A stretch of DNA of 63,615 nucleotides, filler included, from Reclinomonas americana ATCC 50394 (taxonomy: Eukaryota), in NCBI GenBank assembly GCA_048213135.1. It is 20 parts of 20 records of this genome, joined end to end, with 100 filler letters (N's around TTAATTAATTAA, not from the genome) between each part and the next. Parts side by side here need not be neighbours in the genome. Positions count along the whole stretch, not along the records: positions 10,959 to 17,861 come from AFZH01020560.1; positions 17,962 to 19,935 come from AFZH01020562.1; positions 20,036 to 23,354 come from AFZH01020564.1; positions 23,455 to 26,186 come from AFZH01020565.1; 16 more parts are not named here. One strand, 5' to 3'. The notes under the pieces were generated by a model. It did not search any database, was not told where the DNA came from, and saw only the letters and a program-made list of their open reading frames with translations. The translations under genes were made by a program, and so were the position numbers. Below, piece after piece: positions 12,599 to 24,100 of this stretch (its first letter is position 1; every line of letters starts with the position of its first letter).

Positions 12599-13311
12599 GG
12601 GGGAGGGTAAGGGAGAAGGGGGAAGGAGGAAAGGGTGAATGTATGGTGTGATTTTTGTTTGCAATTGATGAGGGGGAATAAGGGTGGAAGGGAGGGTTTC
12701 TTCGCAGGCAGAGCAGAGTGGTGCCCCTTTCATGTGCAAGAGAGGCCAGTGTGATGTTGGAATGATGAATGGACAAGCTCTCCTCTATTCTCCAACAATG
12801 ATGGTGGGTCAACTGAGACCATTTCTTCGCAAGCAGAGCAGACGATGCCTTTCTCTGAGAGCCCAGTGTGATGTCGTGAACGATCAGTGATCCTGCTCCT
12901 CTGAGAACTTCTTGACGGTCTCTCGACGTTTCATCTTGTTCGCCAATGTTTCAACACGCTCATGTCTCAGTGTACATGCGAGCACATGCCTCTCTTCGTG
13001 CGACACTTTATTCTGTCTTGTGAGCCTGCATGCACACCGACGAAGTCATGTCCCACGACTGTCTGACAGAGTGTGATGGGACCTGTGATTTGCTGCTGCT
13101 GTTGAGCAGAAGTGAGCTTGTGTTCCCTGTTCTGCTCTGTGTCACTGTCATTCCCACTGCGTGTGCTTGCAAAGAGAGAGAAAGGAAGGAGAGAGAGTTG
13201 CTGAATTTCTCCGCCATCTTATTGTGACAGAGAGAGAGAGAGAGAGCGTGTTATTCCCCTGTGCATCTGTCAGTGCTGTTGTTGTTGTTCTTCTTGTTGT
13301 GACGCATCATC

Positions 13312-16300
13312 ATGGCGAGCGGGAGTGGAGTGCCGCGTGAGTTGCGTGTCTCTCTTTGTGTTGTTGTCAGATGCATCATCATCATTACTCACATTGTGTG
13401 TGATTCGTTCCTTGTCACTCTCCCCCCCTCCTCTCCTATCGTGCAGTCATCATCACGATGCTGGCGATGAGGAATGCATGATTCGCCTTGCCAAGGCCCT
13501 GTCTCGTCCATGCACCCGCGCTCTGCAGTCCAAACTCGAGCAAGTGCTGCCGGTGTTTCTCGATTCGTATCCCGGTGTGAATCATGTGGCCGAGTGGTGC
13601 AAGGCGCCGAGTGAGCGTGATGTGCGGTGAGTGTGTGTGGGGAAGGATGTGGAGCACACGATGGCAAGATGGAGATGGGAGATGTGAATGTGAGAGAGAA
13701 GAGAACGATTGCCACGAGCAAGCGGCAGCTGGTGACGCACTTGTCATCCCTTTCTCCCCATTCTCGCACTCTTCATTGTCTCACACACAACTCCGCATTC
13801 TATCCCTGATGAATGCCTCCACTTTCTTGTCACACACATCTCCCTCACTCACCAGCATCCTCTCATTCTTTGTGCCCTTCCCCACATGCAGCACTATGCC
13901 GGACGGAGTGGACATGTGTGTTCAGTTGAGCGAGACGGAGCAGCAGACGGTGCGCGAGTGGCGTCAGGGAGGCCAGCTGCACGACTGCAGCTCGTTTGAC
14001 GCGATGCTGTGCTGCTCGATCTTGCTGCTGGCGGGTCATCGAGAGCATCCGAGAGACGAGCCGGATCGTCTGATTCCAGCTGGCGATGTGGTACGTGTGT
14101 GTGAATGAGATGGAAGGAGGAGGAGTGTGATCTCTGTCTTTGTGTGATTGTGTCTCTCACTCCCTCATTGTTCACAGCGCAATTCAATTGAGCGACTGAG
14201 GGTGGTGTTTGAGCAGGCGAGTCCTGCCCGAGCTCGTGCACTCTTTGTGCCTCTGCTCGGTGCCGGAGGAGGAGAGGGCGAGTTACATCGGCTTGTGCGG
14301 CAACTGCAGATTGGCAGGGATGTGGAGGAGGAATTGGCGGTGCAGCTGAACGAGGCTCGTGATGGTGAGTGGAGGGAGAGAGATGGCTTGCGTTTGCGTG
14401 AATGATATGATCGAAGGTGGAAGCTGATGCTGTATTGGTTGTGTGAGAATATAGGTGCACTGAGTCAAGCAGACCTGGCATCGATGGCGGCCAATGTGGA
14501 GCAAGTTGAGTGGATCTGCGAGAATGCGGTGGCTTGCAGATATTGTTGTTTCTCACTTGCTTGTGGCTGGTCAGATGCGAATGGAGATTCAGGCAACGAT
14601 TCGTGCGGAGATGGAAAGTGTGCATCAGCGGCTTGACACAATGAGCATCTCTGCGTCATCTCCCTCAGTCGCTGGTGTGTTCCATGATGGACATGCAATG
14701 CATGTGCATATCTAAGCTCACACCCACTCCTCTCCGTACCACACAGCACCAGTCAGCAGTCTCCCATGCACGACACCGCTCGTTGCCCGCACCGTCAATC
14801 CAGTGACCACATTTCGCTTCCCAAGTCGGCGTGCACTGGCCGCCTCACTTGCCACGCGCGTTGTGGATGCTGTGGAAGGTTGGGTGCTCCTTCTCTTTCT
14901 CCCTTCCTTCCTTCTCCACATTCGTGTGTCTCATCATGTTGCCGGTGGCGGATGATTCCTGCGCAGCACATCAGCCAATCATGGTGGTGCTGACGGGCGA
15001 TGGTGGCACTGGCAAGTCGTTCCTGGCCGAGCTGCTGGTGACCGAGTTGCAGGCCACTCGTCGATGGAAGGGGTCGGCCGTGTCGGTGGAGATGCGCGGT
15101 CATGTGGGTGATGCGAGGGAGCATGTGACGGTGTGTGCTGAGTAACATGCATTTTGTCTTTCATGCTGCGTTATCTCTTCTGCTTTCATGCTGACTCTCT
15201 CTCTCTCTGTTGCCACATTCTGCAGGCGCAGAGTGCTCTGGGCGAGTGTCTGCGTGCCTTTGTGACGGCACAGATGCGAGTGGATGAAGTGGAAGGACGG
15301 AGGATGGCCAGCCAGGTGGATGCGCTGCTGGCGAGTGGCGAGGTGGAGCCAGCACGTCGTCTCCTGCGACAGTTGATGCATGCATCGAGTGGAGTGATCG
15401 TGCTGGACAATGTGGGATCGGCGGAGCAAGTGAGGAGGGTTGTTCAATGTGCTGATGAGGGTTCGTTTCAGGAGAGAGAATTCTCATTCTTGCTCGTATG
15501 TTGGATCCTGACATTGATGTGTAACATCTATGTGTGCCTGCTCAGGTGGAATGGTGGCACCGATTGTGGTGGTGACGAGTCGATATGGACAAGTGGCGGA
15601 TGAGATTCGTGACTTGATAATGCACGAAGCGGAGGTGGAGTGTGTGCGAGTGGAGAATGTGGAGAGCGAGGACATTGTGCAACTGGTCGAGGAGCGACTG
15701 GTTCACAAGGCATCGGAAGATGTGCGACGACGGATTGTGGAGGCACTGGAGAGTGGACAGCAGGAGAAGAGTGCACTGCGAGTGAGTGCTTGTGTTGGGT
15801 GAGTGCTTTGAGTGAGTATGAGTTGCGGATGAGAAGACTCACTCTCTTTTCTCCCTCTCTTCTTGATCATACAGCTGGTTGCTGTCACAGCCAGCAGTTG
15901 AGCTGGCGGGAGCGCGACTGGAAGAGGTGCTAAGTGGCATTGGTGGCGATGCACTGTCACAGCTGCTGGAACGCAATGTGATGTCACAGACAGCAGCAGC
16001 ACGTCGTCTGTTGGTGCTGATCACGGCGTGCAAGGAACTTGGCTTGCCAGTGACAGTGGCACTTGCGCGAGTGGCTCTGGGTGTGTTGCGAGTGATTCCT
16101 GATATGACCACCTCGGGGAGTGTGGATGAAGATGAAGAGGCGGCAAGTCGGCTGGTGGAGTTGGGTCAGTGTGTGCGCCGATTACGACTGCATGGGCTGG
16201 CATGGGAAAGGCGACGGCGTGCACCCGAGGTGGTGGGTGAGCGACTGCAGTTCGACGAGATGAGTCAGGAGGAGGAGCGACGTGTGAATGCAAGGCGTGA

Positions 16301-17708
16301 TGAGTTGGTGGGTGGTGGTGCAAATGGAGTGGAGGATGTGCTGGAGGGTCTGTGTTTGTCGAATCTGGTGACGGTGGGTGTCAGTGGCAGCGTGGACAGT
16401 GTGGCTCGTGTGCTGTGTGGTAAGCAACTGAGAGAGAGTGATGTGGCGATGGAGTATCGAGTGCACGACGAGATTGCTGGGTGGATTGTGAGACGGTGTG
16501 AAGATGCAGTGTCACGGGCGCAGCGACTGATTGTGCGACTGGTGTATTGTGTGCTGAATGGCATCGACTTGCAGAATGACAGTGACGGTGTGTTGTTGGT
16601 GTCGCGTGACGTGCTCGGTGTTCTGCACACAGTGTGGCGACGGTTGGGTGAGGATGACGGCATGTGGGCGAGTGATGTGGTTGGTATGAATGGGCTGCTA
16701 GTGCAGTTTGAAGCAGTCGAGTGGATTGGTGAGCAGTGTGTTTATCAAAAACTGCCGACAGTTGGATTCGATACGGCTGCTGCCTCGTCGCTTGTGCGAC
16801 GTGTGACGGAGTGTAGAGATCGTGGAGGTAGTGATGTTGAATTGAGTCCTGTGCGACGACGGTTTGCGATTGCGGTGGCAAAGTGTCAAGCTTGGTTGCT
16901 TGACTTTCTTTGTTGTCAGTGGGATGAACGTGAAGCTGCGTGGCAACAGGCGTGGCGTTTGTGCGAGGAGTGGGAGAGGGATGACAGTGGCGAGATGACT
17001 GTGCTTGATACGGTGGACGCACTGCGATGCTTGATGTGGTTTGCTTATCATTCAGGCAACTTGCCACTGCTGGTGCAGTGTCATGTGCGGCAGTGTGCGA
17101 CACTGGGTGAGCATCATCCGGACTCTCTGACGACTCTGCATTATCAAGCATTTCATCACTTCTATCGACCGGATTATGCTGATGCGGAGGCGCTCTGGCG
17201 ACGGTGCTGGGAGATGCGACGACTTGGTCTTGGATCTGAGCATCCTGACACATTGGCCTCCATGGGCGGTGTTGCTGCATGTATCCTTGATGGTAGTCGT
17301 CTTGAGGAGAGAATTCAACTTGTACGAGAATGCTTGCAGCTGAAGCGAGCATCGCTGGGAGATCGACATCCGAGCACTCTCACGTCGATGAATAATCTTG
17401 CTTATTCTCTCGCGCAACAAAAAACGTCAGAATCACTGGCAGAAGCTGTTGATTTGTTCCGTCAGTGTTTGGCGGGACGACGTGAGGTACTGGGTGACAG
17501 GCACGAAAGCACATTGTTGACAATGTACAACTACGGTTACCTGCTCATGGAGCAACGACGATGGGACGAGGCTGAGGCACTGCTGGTGGAGTGTGTGGAT
17601 GGCATGCGAGCGGTGCTTGGTGAAGATTATCCGAAGACAGTGCAGGCTATTAAGTGGTTGGAGGAGTGTCGACGACGTGCAAAAAAGGGAAAATGTGTGT
17701 TGCTGTGA
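13312..17708 (+). CDS. NLR-like STAND protein, copy A: N-terminal domain, NB-ARC-type P-loop NTPase, TPR repeats, C-terminal CaaX
   Basis: Walker A VVLTGDGGTGKS (~14984-15020), Walker B VIVLDNV..AEQVR (~15394-15435), sensor-1-like VVVTSR (~15566). Kinesin-light-chain-type TPR units LGEHHPDSLTTL, LGSEHPDTLASM, LGDRHPSTLTSMNNLA, LGDRHESTLLTMYNYG and LGEDYPKT lie in a ~1.8-kb terminal exon ending RRRAKKGKCVLL*. ATG 13312 and the exon structure are shared with copy B. Confidence 0.82.
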
Positions 17709-18195
17709 ACATTGTGAATGAACCTGCTCCCCCTCCCCTTGTTCCCATTGCCAAGAAGCATCCGAGTCGACTTCACCGGAATCCCGGAACTGGCATTCCG
17801 CGTCCTGCAGAGATTATCGCAACAATCCGTCGCTGCACGACCGCGCGCATACTCTCTCTCCNNNNNNNNNNNNNNNNNNNNNNNNNNNNNNNNNNNNNNN
17901 NNNNNTTAATTAATTAANNNNNNNNNNNNNNNNNNNNNNNNNNNNNNNNNNNNNNNNNNNNGCGTTTTCAATCTCAGTTTGCCTTATTTAGTTGTCAGTT
18001 GTCTCTGTTCTTCCCTCTCGCTCTCTTTCTCTTGCTCTCGATTGTTTCTCTCCACTCTCTCCGTTCTCGTCTCTGTTTCTTTCTCTTTCCCATATTCTCT
18101 CTCGCTTTCTTTCTCTTTTTTGCTCTCTCTCCTCTCATCTGTCACTCTCTCTCATCCCTCTCCATTTACCTCACTCACCCTCCTTCGCATCCCAG

Positions 18196-21100
18196 GCGCC
18201 GACTTTGAGCCCTTCATCAGCGAGACGAACGCCGCCCTCAACGCCATCGAGAGCGCCTCGAAGCCGACCGTCGCCGCTCTGGAGACCATGGCCTTCGGTT
18301 CGTGTGCTCGCTCCCTCCGTCATTTCCCCTGCACGATTCTCACCTTTCCCTCCAACAGGTGGTGGCCTCGAGCTCGCCATGTCGTGCCACGCCCGCATCG
18401 CCACTCCGAACACGAACGTCGGCTTGCCGGAGCTGCAGCTGGGCCTGATCCCCGGTTCGTCCCCCTTATGTCCTCTCCCCACTACCGTACTTTTCTGTCC
18501 CTCCTCCGTCTCCTTATTCTCACCTCCCCTCCTCCTCTTCTCACCTCCCCTTCTCCTCATTCCTCCTCCTCCCCCCACTGCCGTACTTCTTCGTCCCTCA
18601 TTCCCCAACCTCACACCCCCTTCTCATTATTTTCACCTCCCCTACTCCTTTTCTCACCTCCTGTTCTCCTTTTTCTCACCTCCCCTTCTCCTTTCGTCAC
18701 CTCCCTTTCTCCTTTTTTTCACCTCCTCTTCTCCTAATTCTCACATCCCCTCCTCCTTATTCTCACCTCCCCTTCTCCTTCTCCTCCCCTCACCTCCCTT
18801 TCTCCTTTTACTCCCCTTCTCTCCTTCCCCTCACTCCCCCCCTTTCCCTTTATAGGCTTCGGCGGCACACAACGCCTCCCCCGCCTGGTGGGCGTGCAAA
18901 AGGCGCTGGAGATGATGCTGTTGTCGCAGCACGTCAAGGCCGCCGACGCGCACAAGATTGGCCTGGTCGACGCCATCACCCGCGACTCGGCCTCCCTGGT
19001 CGCCGACGCCGCCAAGCTGGCGCTCGACATTGCCGCCGGCCGTGTGGCCCGCCGCGAGTCGCTGACGTACACGCGCAAGCTGGAGGCCGCCGGAGTGGTG
19101 TCCATGATTTGCACGGAGGGTGAGTGGGGGGAAAGGGGAAGGGAGGGAGGAAGGGGATGGAAGGGAGAAGGGGATGCTGACGTGAGCTTGCAGCGCGTCG
19201 TCGTGCGGAGAAGGAGAACCCGAATGTGACGCACACGGTCGAGTGCATCAATGTGACGGAGGCGGGAGCCACGCGCGGATCCAAGGCTGGATTGCAAGCT
19301 GTTGCGTAAAAGTACAAGGGATTGTGTTATCCTCTCTCGCTTCCCCTCCGTGTCTCTGTGCCTCCCTCCATGATACTGCATCTCCCTCAGTATCTCTGCT
19401 CCTTTTTCCGTGTCCCTGCGCCTCCCTCCGTGTCGCTGCGCCTCCCTCCGTGTCGCTGCGCCGCCCTCCGTGTCGCTGCGCCTCCCCCCGTGTCGCTGCG
19501 CCTCCCTCTGTGTCCCCGCGCCTCCCTCTGTGTCCCTGCGCCTCCCTCTGTGTCCCTGCGCCTCCCTCCGTGTCCCTGCGCCTCCCTCCGTGTCGCTGCG
19601 CCTCCCCTGTTGTCGCTGCGCCTCCCTAGTTTTCGCTGCGCCTCCCTCCGTGTCGCTGCGCCTCTTTCCGTGTCGCTGCGCCTCTTTCCGTGTCGCTGCG
19701 CCTCTTTCCGTGTCGCTGCGCCTCTTTCCGTGTCGCTGCGCCTCTTTCCGTGTCGCTGCGCCTCTTTCCGTGTCGCTGCGCCTCCCTCTCGTGTCGCTGC
19801 GCCTCTTTCCGTGTCGCTGCGCCTCCCTCTCGTGTCGCTGCGCCTCCCTCTCGTGTCGCTGCGCCTCCCTCTCGTGTCGCTGCGCCTCCCTCTCGTGTCG
19901 CTGCGCCTCCCTCTCGTGTCGCTGCGCCTCCCTCTNNNNNNNNNNNNNNNNNNNNNNNNNNNNNNNNNNNNNNNNNNNNTTAATTAATTAANNNNNNNNN
20001 NNNNNNNNNNNNNNNNNNNNNNNNNNNNNNNNNNNCTCTCCTCCTCTCTCTCTCTCTCTCTCTCCTCTCTCTCTCCTCTCTCTCCTCTCTCTCTCTCTCC
20101 TCCTCTCTCTCTCTCCTCCTCTCTCTCTCCTTCCCTCCTCTCTCTCTCTCACGATTCGTGCGAGCTTATCAACTAATATTCTTCGTTCGTGCAGGCCGTG
20201 CTCGAGAAGCCGACGCTGAAGCAGGACGTGTTTGTGGAGCTGGAGCGCCTGTGCTCGCCGACGTGCGTGCTGGCCTCCAACACCAGCACCATCAGTCTGG
20301 ATGTGATTGCCGCCAAGACGCGCTCGGCGGATCGCATTGTGGGTCTCCACTTCTTCAGGTGAGAGGGGAAAGGGGTGTATAGGGGAGGAATAGGGGAAGG
20401 GGTGTAAAGGGGAAGGGAATAGGAAAGGGAAAGGGAAGAGGGACAGCGATAAGAGGAAGAATGACTGTGAGGGAAGCATTGGCAGCGAGAGCGAGAGGAT
20501 GGATAGCAAGAAAACAGATAGACTGCGATCAGAAGGATGGGCAGGGAAGAGAAAGGTTGGGCTGCGAAGAGAGAGGTGGATCGCGAGGAAAGGGGCTATC
20601 TGCACAGCAGAGAATTGTCAGCGAAGAGAAAATGCTCTGCGAAGAGAGAGGGATAGAATTCGAGGGTAGCAGGTTGGACAAAAGATGTCTTCTGCTCCTG
20701 CACTCACCCTTTTCCCTTTCCCCCGTTTCCCTTTCCCCTCTTCGCGCAGCCCCGCCCACGTCATGCCCCTGCTGGAGATTGTCCGCTCGGACCACACCTC
20801 CGCGCAGGTGCTGGTCGACTCGATCGCCTTTGCCAAGACCATTGGCAAGACGCCGGTGGTGGTCGGCAACTGCGCCGGTTTTGCCGTCAACCGCATCTTC
20901 TTCCCGTACTCGAGGTTTGTCGAAAGGGGGAAGGGAGGGGAAGGGAAGGGGAAGAGTGGGACAAGGAGAGACAGAGAGCGAGAGAATGAGTGTGGAGTGA
21001 GTGAGAGTGTAAGCGGGTGAGGGTTGTTGAGGGAGGGGATGAGTGAGGAAGAAAGAGTGACACAGAGGAAAAGAGAAGGAAAGGAAGGGAGAACGAGAGA

Positions 21101-24100
21101 AAGAAGGACAATGTGTGAGAGTGCGAGAATGAGGGGGTATTATAAATTGAGAGCAAGACGCTAAGAGTGAGAGAGCGAGTGTGCGAGAGAGTGAGAGAGA
21201 GACAGAGCGAGCGACAGTTTGAGAGAAAGAGTGCAAGCATGAGTGTAATTGAGAGAGTGAGAGATAGGATTAGCTTGAAAGAGAGAGTTGGAGAGAGAGT
21301 CTGTGTTTGCGTGTGTGCGAGTTGTTAGCGAAGTGAGCGTGTGAGAGCTTTGCAGTAAGTGCTTGCTGGAATGTGGATTCTGTGTGTGTTTGCTATTGCG
21401 TGTTGGAAGAGTGTATGAGTGTGTGAGTGAGTGTGATTGAGTGCGAAACAGAGGTCAATGCACATTCTACGAATGACTCCTCTCTTGCTCACTTTGTGTC
21501 GCAGCTCGTGCGCCTTCCTCACCGACCGCGGAGTGGAGCCGTACCGCATTGATGCCATTGTGAATGCTTTCGGCATGCCGCAGGGAGTTGCGTTGTTCAT
21601 GGAGACTTTAGTTGTGAGCAGTGCTGACTACCTTGCGCTGCAGCCGTACCGCATGGGCGACATGGCTGGCATTGACATTTTGTACCACGCTCATTGCTTG
21701 ATGGTGAGATGTGAAGCAAATCAAGCATGGTTGATGGTTGCACTCACATTTGTGCACAGGCTGAGGCGTACGGTGCTCGTGCTTACCCGATCCACGCGTC
21801 GGCGCTGATGGTCAAGGACAATCGTCTCGGTTTGTGGTACTCAATGCCAGATGTCTCTGTCCCGTGTCCTCACTCTTCTCTGTTCCCAGGCCAAAAGTCG
21901 GGCGCCGGCTATTACAAGCACGAGAAGGGTGTGCGCGAGGCACCGGCGGATGCGCAGGGCGTGGCGCGCTTCTTGCAGGAGGCTCGTCGTCTGTCGGGCA
22001 ACCCGGAGGTTCGTCTCAAGAGAAGGGGTTGCAATGGCTATTTCCTTACACTCTCCTGTTCGCAGCCGGTGAACTTCACCGACCAGGACATTCTGGAGAT
22101 GGTGTGGTTCAGCGTCATCAACGAGGCCTGCCGTGTGCTGGATGAAGGCATTTGCGTGCGCTCGAGTGACATTGATGTGGCGTCGGTGAGGAGAATAAGG
22201 GAAAGGGAGATCAAGGAAAGAGAGATTGAGTGAAAGGAAAGCAAGGAGGGAATAGGAATGAGAGTGGAAGCAGAGGGCACATGCGGAGTCAGAGAAGACG
22301 CAAAAGATTGGGGAGGGCGAGACGAAGAGGAGAATCAGATGTGAAGTGTTTGTAGGAACGCAATTTGCCCGATGTATTTTGTGTCGCATCACGCACTCAC
22401 GCTCTCTGTTCACTGCAGGTCATGGGCATGGGCTTCCCGTCGTGGCGGTACGTTTGATTATCGATTTGGGTTGTATGTCGTCGTTGTGTGTCTGCCTCTC
22501 CTTGCTCTGTTTGATGGACTGTCGTCTTTGTTTCGATTGTAGTCCTTTTTCCTCTGCTCATACTTGTGCAGCTTGCGTTATCACCGCTCTTGTTTCACGT
22601 CGCCTTGCGCTCAATCCCTGAATTTGTCCTTGTACTTCTTCGCATTGCCCTCTTCCCTTGAATATCCACTTGCTTGTGCTTCTTGCAAACGAAGTTCAAT
22701 ATGCACGGTGACCTTGAACCCTCTCATTTCGGCTCACTCCTTTTTGTTGCCTCGTCTTCTCTGTCCCTCTATTGCCCTTTCCTTCTCGTTATCCCCCTTC
22801 TCCTTCTCTCCCTTTCTTCTCCTTCCCTTCTCCTCACTCCCCCTTTCCCGTGTTGCAGCGGCGGCCTCATCAAGTACGCCGACTCCATCGGCGCCCGCTA
22901 CATCCGCCAGAAGCTCGACGAGTGGCACAACCGCTTCGGCGTCGAGCTCTTCCGCCCGTCGCCCTACCTGGCGCAGCACGCCGACAAGAACGTGCCGCTC
23001 AGCGTCATCCACCCGGGCGACGACGACTCCGACGTTGTGATTGTGGCCTCGTGCCGCACGGCCGTGTGCCGTGCCTTCCGCGGTGGATTCAAGGTTTTGT
23101 GGGGGGCGAAGGGGTTAAGGGGGTTTGGGGAAGGTTCGCTGACGATGAATTGGCAGGACACCGCGCCGGACGTCATGCTCCGTCACGTGTTCGAGGACCT
23201 GCTGCGTCGTGCGCCGCAGGTGAAGCCGGCTGACATTGGTGATATTACTGTTGGTTGTGTGCTGCCGCCGCAGGTGAGAATTATTTCACAAAGGCCATCT
23301 CTCTCTTTCTTGCTCCCCCTTTCGCTCTCCCCCACTCGCTCTCCCCCACTCGCTNNNNNNNNNNNNNNNNNNNNNNNNNNNNNNNNNNNNNNNNNNNNTT
23401 AATTAATTAANNNNNNNNNNNNNNNNNNNNNNNNNNNNNNNNNNNNNNNNNNNNCCCCTCTCCTTCCTTCTCTCGCTCCCCCCTCTCCTTCCTTCTCTCC
23501 TTCCCCCTCTCCTTCCCCCTCTCGCTCCTCCTCTCCCTTGTCGCTTCCCCCTCACCTCTCCCTTTTCCCCCCTTTTCCCTTCTCACACTTTCCCCTTCCC
23601 CCTCTGCAGGGTGGCGTGATCGACGTCCGTGTGGCCGGCCTCATGGCGGGCATCCCGGAGACCGTGCCCGTGCGCACCATCAACCGCTTCTGCTCGTCGG
23701 GCCTGCAGGCCATTGCCGATGTGGCATCGGCGATTCAGGCGGGGTACTACGATATTGGCATTGCGGCGGGAATGGAGAGCATGTCCAGGGTGAGTGAAGG
23801 GAAAGGGGAAGGGAGAAAGAGGAGAATTGTAGAAGGGAAGGGGAAGAAAAGGAGAAGTAGAGTGAGGGAAAAGAGATGGAGAGAGAGAAGGAGGAGAGAA
23901 GGAGAAGCAGAGTGAGCGATAGAGTTGGAGAGAGAAGTGGCGGGTGATACGATAATGCTCTCAATGCGAGAAGGAAAATTTCGATCAAGACCGAGCAAGG
24001 AAGGAAGAGTGAGTAAGAGGAAGGAAGATCGGGAGGGGAAGGGGGAGAGAGAAAGAGCGCGCTGTGGCAAATTTAGGGAGAGTGGCAAAGAAAGTGACTG

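Noticed and set aside
13085..17708. NLR-like segments as transposons
   Set aside because: No transposase or reverse transcriptase, and no terminal repeats or target-site duplication that I could see.
15879..17708. Kinesin light chain or nephrocystin-3 orthologue
   Set aside because: Similarity is limited to the generic TPR repeat type; the upstream exons encode an NB-ARC-type NTPase with a different N-terminus.
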